Assembly (NCBI GenBank): GCA_964397215.1
Contig: CAYNHE010000001.1
Location: 5,075 to 69,074, forward strand
Origin: an uncultured Candidatus Saccharibacteria bacterium
GTDB lineage: Bacteria; Patescibacteriota; Saccharimonadia; Saccharimonadales; Saccharimonadaceae
Direction of reading: 5' to 3'
DNA: 64,000 nucleotides
The translations under genes were made by a program, and so were the position numbers. This document shows positions 40,030 to 48,021 of the stretch, one piece after another. The notes under the pieces were generated by a model. It saw only the letters and a program-made list of their open reading frames with translations, was not told the origin of the DNA and ran no database searches. Position 1 is the first letter of the stretch, and each line of letters begins with the position of its first letter.

Positions 40030-40491
40030 ATGGAGAAGAGAAGCGCGGTCCGCGTAGCGCTGTTCGACCAGAATGGCGCGGTCGCGATTATTAAGGTTGC
40101 AAAACTCCACTATTATAAAATTCCCGGTGGTGGCGTCGAGGTTGGCGAGTCAAATTATGACGCCGCAATACGCGAAACCCTGGAAGAGACTGGCTGCAAT
40201 TGCAAAATTATTGCGGAACTGGGCAGAATCGAGACGGACATTGCTGGTTGGAATATACATGATGTTTCGGATGGTTTTGCAGCGCTGATGGTGGGTGAGC
40301 GTGGTACACCAAGTTATGATGAATGGGAAAAGGAGCGCGGATTTAGCATAGAGTGGTTCAACGACCTCTCGGAAGCCATTGCGATGATTAGTAGCAACGA
40401 AGTTGAAGATCCTGACGCACGATTATTGCAGGAGCGAGATTTGGAATTTCTGAAGCGTGCAGTAAAAGTAGTCGAGTCCACGCATCAATAA
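40030..40491 (+). CDS. NUDIX hydrolase
   Basis: PGGGVEVGESNYDAAIRETLEETG Nudix box. Confidence 0.9.
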   Translation: MEKRSAVRVALFDQNGAVAIIKVAKLHYYKIPGGGVEVGESNYDAAIRETLEETGCNCKIIAELGRIETDIAGWNIHDVSDGFAALMVGERGTPSYDEWEKERGFSIEWFNDLSEAIAMISSNEVEDPDARLLQERDLEFLKRAVKVVESTHQ

Positions 40492-40531
40492 GCAAGACTA
40501 ATGTTGGTGTGGTCGCTGCGCACGGTTCTTC

Positions 40532-40723
40532 ATACTCCTGCAAACAGCGGAGAGAGAAACCGTGATAACGAGAATTCGGGCCGTTTGACGGATAAACGCC
40601 GGACCCATGAAAATCAAAGCGAAATGTACCTTCTGACGTAGCACCACTGCTTGACCAAGCAATGCCGGAAAAACCTGCTCCCCAAAAGAAACCGATTTTC
40701 AAATTAGTGTTACCGCTGCGCAT
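40532..40723 (-). repeat. Variable cassette C1: FISUMP/CLec C-terminal region, 63 codons
   Basis: MRSGNTNLKIGFFWGAGFSGIAWSSSGATSEGTFRFDFHGSGVYPSNGPNSRYHGFSLRCLQE followed by TAT instead of TAG. Confidence 0.85.
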
Positions 40724-40873
40724 GTAATTGAAACTAAATATGTTCTAAAAGCGCAAAAAACTATTAAAAATTGCCAAAAAATGCAAATTTTCTTATTTTT
40801 TTACGAACCTCGAAAAATTTAATTTTCCGAGGTTTACGACGCATCGCTTGTAGGTTACCATTTGCAGTGTGTT

Positions 40874-40968
40874 AGGTGATAAAAAATCGATTTTTATCAC
40901 CTGCTAGTTCGTAAGTAACAGAGGTGGAGTAGAAAATCTAGGTGATAAATTTTTAATTTTTCTCACCT
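40874..40968. repeat. Two 29-bp palindromes AGGTGATAAA-N9-TTT(A/C)TCACCT, 66 bp apart
   Basis: Copies at 40874-40902 and 40940-40968 in the spacer between divergent cassettes C1 and C2. Confidence 0.8.
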
Positions 40969-41033
40969 AAAGAAATTATGAAAAATCCGTATTTTTGACA
41001 AGATTTGGATCAAATTCCATGAAAAAGCATCTC

Positions 41034-41225
41034 GTGCGCAGCGGCTACACCTACATGGGCCTCGGTTTCTTGAGGTTCGCAGGCATCAGTGGCCTCTATT
41101 GGTCGCGTAGCGGCGTTGCCTCTACTACTGCGTACTACCTCCACTTCAATGCCTCTGGGGTGTACCCGTCGAACGGCCCGGCCAATCGTTACTACGGTTT
41201 CCCTCTCCGCTGTTTGCAGGAGTAT
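41034..41225 (+). repeat. Variable cassette C2
   Basis: VRSGYTYMGLGFLRFAGISGLYWSRSGVASTTAYYLHFNASGVYPSNGPANRYYGFPLRCLQE followed by TAT. Confidence 0.85.
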
Positions 41226-41243
41226 GAACTTTGCTTGAGCGAT

Positions 41244-42665
41244 TTACTTTCGTTTAGTTAGCACAATCAGATTCTCGATATGTGGCGTGCGTGGGAAGAA
41301 ATTGAAGGGTTGGATGAATTCTATTTGGTATTTTTCTTGGAGCATAGTAACGTCGCGTGCCTGTGTGATAGGATTGCACGAGAGGTAAATGATGCGCTCT
41401 GGCATGACTGCTAATAATTTTTCGATTAAGTCCTGATGGCACCCAGCGCGTGGCGGATCAAGAATCACGGTCTGGTCAGGCGCGATAAAATCAAGCGCCT
41501 CTTCAGATTTGGCAAGAACTGGGCGAGGGGTGGAGGCAACGCCATATGTTGCTTCTGGGGAGCTCTCGGAGCTTACGACCGGCGATTCAAGATTCCGAGA
41601 GAAACAAATGCTTGCATTTGCTTCCGAGGAATTGCAGAAGCGCGAGACGGCGAAGCCGGCGATGAGCGTAGGGCGCTTCGCGCCTGTAAAGACAGGTTGC
41701 GAAGACGCCCGGTCCTCAAAAGTAATACGCGATGCCATTTTTATCCCTTGTACATTCCTTTCCAACTCTTGATAGGCGGATTTATCACACTCGACCAGTG
41801 TTAATTCGTGGTCGCGAGCAATGGAAAGTCCGATGGTGCCGACGCCGGCATACAAATCAAGAACTTTACCAGGGAGCACCCATTTTTGCATTTCGCGTAG
41901 CGCAAGTTCGTAGACTGGCAAGTTAATTTGAAAGAAGCCATTAGGTGAATAACTGTAAGCTTGACCGAGAATCGTGTCGGTCAGATTGGCAAAAGTTGGG
42001 TGTTTCTGACCATTAACGAAGAGGCCGCCGCTAGTTTCACCAGCTTGGTTCGCTCGGAGGAGTAAACTTTGGTATTTGCGAGCGTCTTCGTGACGGTCGT
42101 TCAGGTCTTTAACAATTTCTTTAGCGCGAGCTAGGATTTCTGGACGTTCGATGCTTGACTCGCTGATCGGAATTTTACGATGGGAGCCACGCGCGTGGAA
42201 AGCCAGATGGATTCGCTGGTCATCATGGTCAAAATATAGCGCATATTCCATTTTATTACGATAATGATAATCTTGACCGTCCGTTACGACTGATTGCACT
42301 GTGAGACTGCCTAGTGCGAGATGCTGCTGGCGCAAAATTTCGACTACTAGCGCACGTTTGGTGGTGAGTTCGCAGTCGTAGGTCATGATTTGCCAAGGAG
42401 AAGTGGCGAGAAAAGCTTCGTCGCGCGGTTTAATGCGTTCCGGAGCAGGATTTTCGATTTCTAGAGCAATGCCTTCGAGATAAGTGCTTTTATCCTTGGT
42501 GATTTCGAATTTGGTGACGGTTTCACCGGGCAACGCATTCCAGAGCATGGCTTTCTTGCCGTTTGCGAGTGTGCCGAGCGCCTGTCCGCCGGGGATGATT
42601 TTAGCGATTTCGACAGAGTCGGTGGAGATTTTGGGCGCGCGAGGCTGATGAGATTTATTCCGCAT
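41244..42665 (-). CDS. RlmD/TrmA-family RNA (uracil-C5) methyltransferase carrying an in-frame ~60-aa insertion
   Basis: YRNKME, FFQIN, LDLYAGVGTIG, ILDPPRAG, YLSCNP, FPRTPHIE. Confidence 0.9.
   Translation of the reverse strand: MRNKSHQPRAPKISTDSVEIAKIIPGGQALGTLANGKKAMLWNALPGETVTKFEITKDKSTYLEGIALEIENPAPERIKPRDEAFLATSPWQIMTYDCELTTKRALVVEILRQQHLALGSLTVQSVVTDGQDYHYRNKMEYALYFDHDDQRIHLAFHARGSHRKIPISESSIERPEILARAKEIVKDLNDRHEDARKYQSLLLRANQAGETSGGLFVNGQKHPTFANLTDTILGQAYSYSPNGFFQINLPVYELALREMQKWVLPGKVLDLYAGVGTIGLSIARDHELTLVECDKSAYQELERNVQGIKMASRITFEDRASSQPVFTGAKRPTLIAGFAVSRFCNSSEANASICFSRNLESPVVSSESSPEATYGVASTPRPVLAKSEEALDFIAPDQTVILDPPRAGCHQDLIEKLLAVMPERIIYLSCNPITQARDVTMLQEKYQIEFIQPFNFFPRTPHIENLIVLTKRK
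41548..41728. mobile_element. Palindromic repeat element (REP/RPE/MITE-like), copy 1, inside the methyltransferase ORF
   Basis: Near-identical to 46791-46972 (reverse complement) and to 59552-59665. Confidence 0.8.
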
Positions 42666-44001
42666 ATTGCCAAACCTGTCCGTTTGCGGTATCTAGCACT
42701 GCGATACCACGTTTAAGAAGTTCTGCGCGTAGTTTGTCAGATTTTGCATAATCTTTTTGCTCGCGTGCGAGACGACGTTGCTCAAGTAGTGTTTTAGCAT
42801 CATCATCAATATCCTTGGCCGCATTGATTAATCCTAGCCCGAACAGTTGATCGATTTTTTGCCAGCAGGCGTAGCTTAAATCGTCGTCTTGGTCAATAAT
42901 TGCAAACGCCGCTGCCGAATTTAGATTATCATTCACTTCAGCCAGCACATTGTCGAAACAATCTTCGGTTCCCTCTTGGTTTTGCCAGTGGCGGACGATT
43001 TGGTTTATCCAGCCCAGGCGGCGAGTTTTGGCTGCGGCGAGACTAGCAAAGCTAAAATCGCGTTCAGTACGATAATTCCCTTGCAGCACCCACATTTTGT
43101 AGTCGAGCGGCGAAAAGCCTTTCTCAGCCAGTTGGTCTAGAGTCCAGCCATTGCCGAGGCTTTTAGAAATTTTTTCGCCGTCCACCGTCAAATGGTGGCA
43201 ATGCAACCAATAATTGGCGAGTTTTTTGCCGTAAGCGGCTTCACTCTGCGCGATTTCGTTAGTGTGATGCACCGGTACGTGGTCAACGCCTCCGGTGTGA
43301 ATATCGATTGGTTCCCCCAGTTCAGCATGAATAATACTGGAACATTCCAGATGCCAGCCCGGATAGCCCGGACGGCCCAGAAAATCCCAACGCATGGCGT
43401 GATCTTCGCCAGGTTTGATAAATTTCCAGACGGCAAAATCAGAAACATGTTTTTTCTCAGCGTTAAAATCGACGCGCTTGCCAGCTTCGAGTCCAGCTAG
43501 ATCCAATTTGGCAAAATCCGCATAGGTCGCAAATTTACTCGTGTCAAAATACAGGCCGTCAGTGGTTTCGTAGAGATACCCCTTTTCTAGCAAAGTTGTC
43601 ACGAGTGCCTCATCTTGGGCGATATAATCAGTCGCGCGCGCGATAATATCTGGTTCGACGAGATTAAGTGCGGCGATGCCTTTTATAAACTCGTTGCTGT
43701 AATAATCGGCGATTTGCCAGACGGTTTTGCCCTCGCGCTTGGCGCCTTTTTCGAGTTTATCCTCGCCTTCGTCACCATCGCTCGTTAGATGGCCAACGTC
43801 GGTGAGATTTAGCACTCTTTTTACTCCATAGCCGTTGGTTTTGAGAGTTCGCACCAGCAAATCCCAGTATACGTAGGCGGCATAGTTGCCGATGTGTGGC
43901 ATGGAATAAACCGTTGGGCCGCAAGTATAAATTTTTACTTCGGCCGGGTTAATAGGCTTAAATTCTTCAAGTTTGCGCGTGAGTGTGTTATATAGTTTCA
44001 T
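42655..44001 (-). CDS. cysS: Cysteinyl-tRNA synthetase
   Basis: MKLYNTLT start at 44001, CGPTVY, HIGN, PGWHLECS, HTGGVDH, KISKSLGN. Confidence 0.96.
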   Translation of the reverse strand: MKLYNTLTRKLEEFKPINPAEVKIYTCGPTVYSMPHIGNYAAYVYWDLLVRTLKTNGYGVKRVLNLTDVGHLTSDGDEGEDKLEKGAKREGKTVWQIADYYSNEFIKGIAALNLVEPDIIARATDYIAQDEALVTTLLEKGYLYETTDGLYFDTSKFATYADFAKLDLAGLEAGKRVDFNAEKKHVSDFAVWKFIKPGEDHAMRWDFLGRPGYPGWHLECSSIIHAELGEPIDIHTGGVDHVPVHHTNEIAQSEAAYGKKLANYWLHCHHLTVDGEKISKSLGNGWTLDQLAEKGFSPLDYKMWVLQGNYRTERDFSFASLAAAKTRRLGWINQIVRHWQNQEGTEDCFDNVLAEVNDNLNSAAAFAIIDQDDDLSYACWQKIDQLFGLGLINAAKDIDDDAKTLLEQRRLAREQKDYAKSDKLRAELLKRGIAVLDTANGQVWQYAE

Positions 44002-44851
44002 GATCAATCTCCCGTAAAGTTTTCTTAAGTTCGATGAGGATTTTGGTGCGCTTATGTGAAGAAACGTCATGATGCCCCATCACGCTAGCAAAACGCACGT
44101 GCGTATTATGATCGGCAACGCGCTTGAGGTTAGAATACATCACTAGCGGATCAAAATGCCCATGAATCAGCAAAGTTGGCGTTTTAATGTTGGTAAAAGT
44201 CTGGTAGTTTTTGCGATTCAGGATAATCTGGTCCATCGACTTGCCAAAAGCCGGCGTGCGCAAATATTTTGACCGAAAACTGCTAAAACGTTGGATGAAA
44301 TTAGCCAAGACTTCGACCGCTGGTTCTTCGGCAGCGATTTTTTGCAATGAACTGTAGGATTTAGTGTAGGCCTTGTCGGGCAGTTTGGCCAGCTCAGCAT
44401 TCATCAACACCGGTGGAGAAACCAGAATGAGTCGACAAATGTCAAATTTAGTCGGGAAATTCACCGCAAAATCCGCCGCAATCAGCGCCCCCATCGAATG
44501 ACCAATGAGGACTACGGGAGTTTTAATCCGGAATTTTTTCATAGTGCTTTCGAGCGCCTGCTCGTAATCGTGGTAGTCATAATCCAGCCAATCACTTTGC
44601 AAAGATTTACCAAAACCTAGCAAATCCAGCGCATAGAAACTAATTTCGTCCAGTTCGGGATTGCGGCTAAATTGGCGCATAGTAATCCGCCAGGTTTCTG
44701 AAGTAGCAGAGGTGCCGTGGAGAAAAATCACGGTGAGGCGAGGATTTTTGACTTTGCGCACGAAAAGTGGTTTCATCACAATCGGTCGATGTAGCATCTT
44801 GTGCCAAACGTAGGTTGTCAGGTTATAGAGTCCATTGCTTGACCAGGTCAC
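43988..44851 (-). CDS. Alpha/beta hydrolase
   Basis: FLHG, DLLGFGKS, GHSMG, IHGHFD. Confidence 0.88.
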   Translation of the reverse strand: MTWSSNGLYNLTTYVWHKMLHRPIVMKPLFVRKVKNPRLTVIFLHGTSATSETWRITMRQFSRNPELDEISFYALDLLGFGKSLQSDWLDYDYHDYEQALESTMKKFRIKTPVVLIGHSMGALIAADFAVNFPTKFDICRLILVSPPVLMNAELAKLPDKAYTKSYSSLQKIAAEEPAVEVLANFIQRFSSFRSKYLRTPAFGKSMDQIILNRKNYQTFTNIKTPTLLIHGHFDPLVMYSNLKRVADHNTHVRFASVMGHHDVSSHKRTKILIELKKTLREIDHETI

Positions 44852-45918
44852 GATGCTTGTTCCTTGAGTTTATCTGCGAAACCTTTGGGGAAACTAATTT
44901 TGTTGCCAGCGGTGCTAGGTTTGATTTCTGGTTCTGCGCTAGTGGTGGCTTTGGCGGCGAGTTTTGGCACGATTTTAATCAAATCTCGCACAACTTCGTC
45001 ATAACTGGTATCGTAAGTGCGGAAACCGGCCGCATAAGGGTGACCACCACCACCAAAATATCCGCTGATTTGGTCAGCAATCGGAATGGAAGTGCGGACT
45101 TTGCCGGTGACTTTACCGTCAGGATAAGTTTTGACTGCAACTGCGATTTCGACACCGGAGACTAGTCGCAGCTCTTCGAGAATTAGCACATTAGGATTAT
45201 ATTCGTCAGAGTAAGCCTGGATGTCTTCGAACGGAATGTGAATCGTGGCGAGTTTACCATCGAGATGATATTCGACGCGCTTAATTAAATCTGCCTTGTA
45301 ATCGAGAATGCGCGGAGATTTTTTCATGAATTCACGCCGACGTTCATCGAGTTCAGAAGGGTTGACGCCGAGTTCAATGAGTTCCGCCATAGTGCGCATC
45401 GTGTCAGCCGTCACACTAGCGCTGACTAAACCAAGCGTATCGCTCGCGATGGCATAATAAATTGCTTCCGCGGCGGCCAGTGGGATGGGTAGCTTCTCGG
45501 CTTTGGCGACTTGATAAATCAAATCCGCACAAGCTGGCATTACTTCGATAATTGATTCGTGTGGAAAGTCCAAATCATCAGGGGTCTCATGATGATCGAA
45601 AACAAAAACCGGTTTAGTATAAAGCGCGTTTTTAATCGCATCGTTTTCTAATAATTTTGACAAGAGGACGCTAGCCGCTGTATCCACGATAATATAAGCA
45701 TCTGCATCAAAGTCAAAATCAATCGAAACTCGCGACCATTCTTTGAAATAATGCAAATACTTGGGGATTTCTACTGGACAATAGAGCGAATTCTCGGTGT
45801 TCTGCAGAATGTAGTCGAGTGCAATGGCACTACCGAGTGAATCACCGTCTGGGTTCTCAGCTTGGATGATTGAAATGCGGTTTTTGCCATGCAAAAAATC
45901 AGAAAATTTATCGTACAT
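44848..45918 (-). CDS. DHH/DHHA1 phosphoesterase (NrnA-like)
   Basis: NPDGDSLGS, VDT, FDHH, SDT, GGGHPYAAG; ATG 45918. Confidence 0.9.
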   Translation of the reverse strand: MYDKFSDFLHGKNRISIIQAENPDGDSLGSAIALDYILQNTENSLYCPVEIPKYLHYFKEWSRVSIDFDFDADAYIIVDTAASVLLSKLLENDAIKNALYTKPVFVFDHHETPDDLDFPHESIIEVMPACADLIYQVAKAEKLPIPLAAAEAIYYAIASDTLGLVSASVTADTMRTMAELIELGVNPSELDERRREFMKKSPRILDYKADLIKRVEYHLDGKLATIHIPFEDIQAYSDEYNPNVLILEELRLVSGVEIAVAVKTYPDGKVTGKVRTSIPIADQISGYFGGGGHPYAAGFRTYDTSYDEVVRDLIKIVPKLAAKATTSAEPEIKPSTAGNKISFPKGFADKLKEQAS

Positions 45919-46014
45919 ATTATATATTATATGCCAAAGAGAAGAAAAAGGCAAATTGGATTATACCAGTAGTAAGTCTTTAAAAGCGTTAACACGTCTT
46001 CCTCGAACCGGGCA

Positions 46015-46704
46015 TCACTGTTTCTTCTTTTTGGTATTTTTCTTAGGGGTACGCTGAGATGGCGTTTGAGTTGGAAAAGCCTTGTAGTGGCGTTGTTTAA
46101 GCTTGCTTTTTTCGCCAAGAATTTCCCGAATGCGCTCGGAGATTTCTTCAGTCGCGTCACGTTTGGCTGTGTCAACGGTGACTTTATACACTGTGATAAG
46201 ATAGAGCGAAAATCCAACGTCGATTAATAACGCCATGAAAAGGACGATAGCCAAAATCTCCCAAATCCTAATTGGCAGAAGATCGAGAAGCCAAAAGAGA
46301 GTTGGGTTAACGAATTTAAGAATCAGCACGCCGGCTACGCCAAAACACAGCACCGAGCCAATACAAATCCGTCCATTGAGATTAAAGGGTTGCTCGGTGT
46401 AATCCCACCAACGAACATGAAACGCGATTTCCATCCACCAGCTAGTTAAATATTCCAGCAAAGCGCCACCAATCATGGAGACGCAGACGATTTCGATGAT
46501 GCCATCCGAACGACTACAAAGAAACGAAAGTAACAGCGCGCCAGTGCCATAAACTGGGCAAATTGGCCCGATGAGAAAGCCACGATTGATTAATTTCTTG
46601 CGATTCATGAGATTTACCAACACTTCTATCACCCAACCAGCAAAAGAGTAGAAGATAAAAATCAGAAACCAAGTTGCCAGAAAGTGAGGGATGGTGGATT
46701 GCAT
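46015..46704 (-). CDS. Putative ABC transporter permease (CmpB/DUF1113-like)
   Basis: GFLIGPICPVYG, RWWDYT, NLNGRIC. Confidence 0.8.
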   Translation of the reverse strand: MQSTIPHFLATWFLIFIFYSFAGWVIEVLVNLMNRKKLINRGFLIGPICPVYGTGALLLSFLCSRSDGIIEIVCVSMIGGALLEYLTSWWMEIAFHVRWWDYTEQPFNLNGRICIGSVLCFGVAGVLILKFVNPTLFWLLDLLPIRIWEILAIVLFMALLIDVGFSLYLITVYKVTVDTAKRDATEEISERIREILGEKSKLKQRHYKAFPTQTPSQRTPKKNTKKKKQ

Positions 46705-46777
46705 AGGGTTATTATATCATGAAAATTATGCTGAATGAAAATGCTTTTTATAAAACTGGTTTCTTATAAAACATATT

Positions 46778-46987
46778 CTAGTAATTGGCAGTATTACTTT
46801 TGAGGACCGGGCGTCTTCGCAACCTGTCTTCACAGGTGCGAAGACGCCCTGCGCTCATCGACGGCTGCGCCGTCTCGCGATTCTGCAATTCCTCGGAAGC
46901 AAATGCAAGCATTTGTTTCTCTCGGAATCTTGAACCGCCGGTCGTAAGCTCCGAGAGCTCCCCAGAAGCAACACTGCCAGTTACTAG
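46778..46987. mobile_element. Palindromic repeat element copy 2 (core 46791-46972) with 15-bp flanking inverted repeats
   Basis: CTAGTAATTGGCAGT ... ACTGCCAGTTACTAG (1 mismatch); internal hairpin GGGCGTCTTCGC-A-ACCTGT-CTTC-ACAGGT-GCGAAGACGCCC. Confidence 0.8.
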
Positions 46988-47115
46988 GACATGCTTCACA
47001 TTAATCTTGAAAAGGCACTCTAGACAACAGCATACTTAAACTAGAATAAAGTTTGAATTATATTAATAACTCAAGCGCAGTTTGCATTTTCTAAAATACT
47101 AAACAATTAAGCGAA

Positions 47116-47182
47116 GTCCATACTTTTTTGAGACTAAAGACTTGGCCTAAGCGGCGACAACGCGGTCTCAAAAAGTATGGAC
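47116..47182. repeat. Long hairpin downstream of cassette C3
   Basis: GTCCATACTTTTTTGAGAC / GTCTCAAAAAGTATGGAC arms; loop contains AAGACTTGGCCTAAGCGGC. Confidence 0.8.
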
Positions 47183-47190
47183 GAGCGCTC

Positions 47191-47382
47191 CTACTCCTGC
47201 AAACAGCGGAGAGAGAAACCGTAGAAACGAGCGCGTGGTTCAAGCGATAAAGATGTTGATCCAGCACCAAGTGCAACAAAGTAAGCGCTATCATCGTCAG
47301 TGCTATTACGAGACCAGTAATATCCGTTAATTCCTACGATTCTCAAGATGCCGCTAAACATGTCCGTATGGCCGCTGCGCAC
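47191..47382 (-). repeat. Variable cassette C3
   Basis: VRSGHTDMFSGILRIVGINGYYWSRNSTDDDSAYFVALGAGSTSLSLEPRARFYGFSLRCLQE*. Confidence 0.85.
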
Positions 47383-47390
47383 AATTCGTT

Positions 47391-47582
47391 CTACTCTTGC
47401 AAACAGCGGAGAGAGAAACCAAGGTAACGATAGGCTTGATTACTTGATACTTCAACATCTATATCACTGAATGAAAAACGGTATGCATTATAAGAATCAG
47501 CGCCAGTACGCGTCCAATAAGGCCCAGCCATGCCAACATATCCTAGAAAACCGTTACCTATGTGAGGTCGGCCGCTGCGCAC
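47391..47582 (-). repeat. Variable cassette C4 (tandem with C3, 8-bp gap)
   Basis: VRSGRPHIGNGFLGYVGMAGPYWTRTGADSYNAYRFSFSDIDVEVSSNQAYRYLGFSLRCLQE*. Confidence 0.85.
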
Positions 47583-47614
47583 GAGTGCTTTTTTGGCCCA
47601 ACCATCGCTTGCTG

Positions 47615-47714
47615 AAGTGTGCGCGGTTTTTCGATTTCTGCGCGTAGATTTTTGATGATTAACAGAGGTAGAACCGGAAAAAGTGTGTGCGGTTTTGCAA
47701 AAAGCGCGCGTAGA
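47615..47714. repeat. Two 34-bp imperfect direct repeats with palindromic cores, 66 bp apart
   Basis: AAGTGTGCGCGGTTTTTCGATTTCTGCGCGTAGA (47615-47648) and AAGTGTGTGCGGTTTTGCAAAAAGCGCGCGTAGA (47681-47714). Confidence 0.75.
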
Positions 47715-47726
47715 ATCAGCTACTTC

Positions 47727-47918
47727 GTGCGCAGCGGTAACATCTATCTAGGATACGGTCTCTTGAGGGCCGCAGACATCTACGCGTTTTACTGGTCATG
47801 CAGCGGCGGTATCTCCACTACCGTTTATAACCTCCACTTCATGGCTTCAGGAGTGTTCTCATCGCATGGCCCAGACTATCGTTACAACGGTTTCTCTCTC
47901 CGCTGTTTGCAGGAGTAG
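47727..47918 (+). repeat. Variable cassette C5
   Basis: VRSGNIYLGYGLLRAADIYAFYWSCSGGISTTVYNLHFMASGVFSSHGPDYRYNGFSLRCLQE*. Confidence 0.85.
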
Positions 47919-47930
47919 GAGCGCTTGCCC

Positions 47931-47988
47931 CTAATTTTCTGAAATATAAGACTTGGCCAAGCGGCCCGGAGCGATTTCAGAAAATTAG
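47931..47988. repeat. Perfect 15-bp hairpin downstream of cassette C5
   Basis: CTAATTTTCTGAAAT / ATTTCAGAAAATTAG; loop contains AAGACTTGGCCAAGCGGC. Confidence 0.8.
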
Positions 47989-48021
47989 AGGTTGCGCTTA
48001 GTTTTGTGTTATAATAACCAT

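Noticed and set aside
41034-41044. Resemblance of GTGCGCA to the XerC arm of E. coli dif
   Set aside because: Only 7 nt match, with no XerD arm; it also simply encodes Val-Arg-Ser.
46778-47039. ORFs 46778-46999 and 46785-47039 as real genes
   Set aside because: They only reflect the stop-poor repeat element.
47191-47582. CRISPR array
   Set aside because: Units are 200 bp, the variable parts are homologous open reading frames, and no cas genes are present.
40532-47918. Complete DGR (TR + RT + VR) in this window
   Set aside because: No reverse transcriptase motifs, no AAC-rich template copy, and the differences are not restricted to a single adenine pattern.
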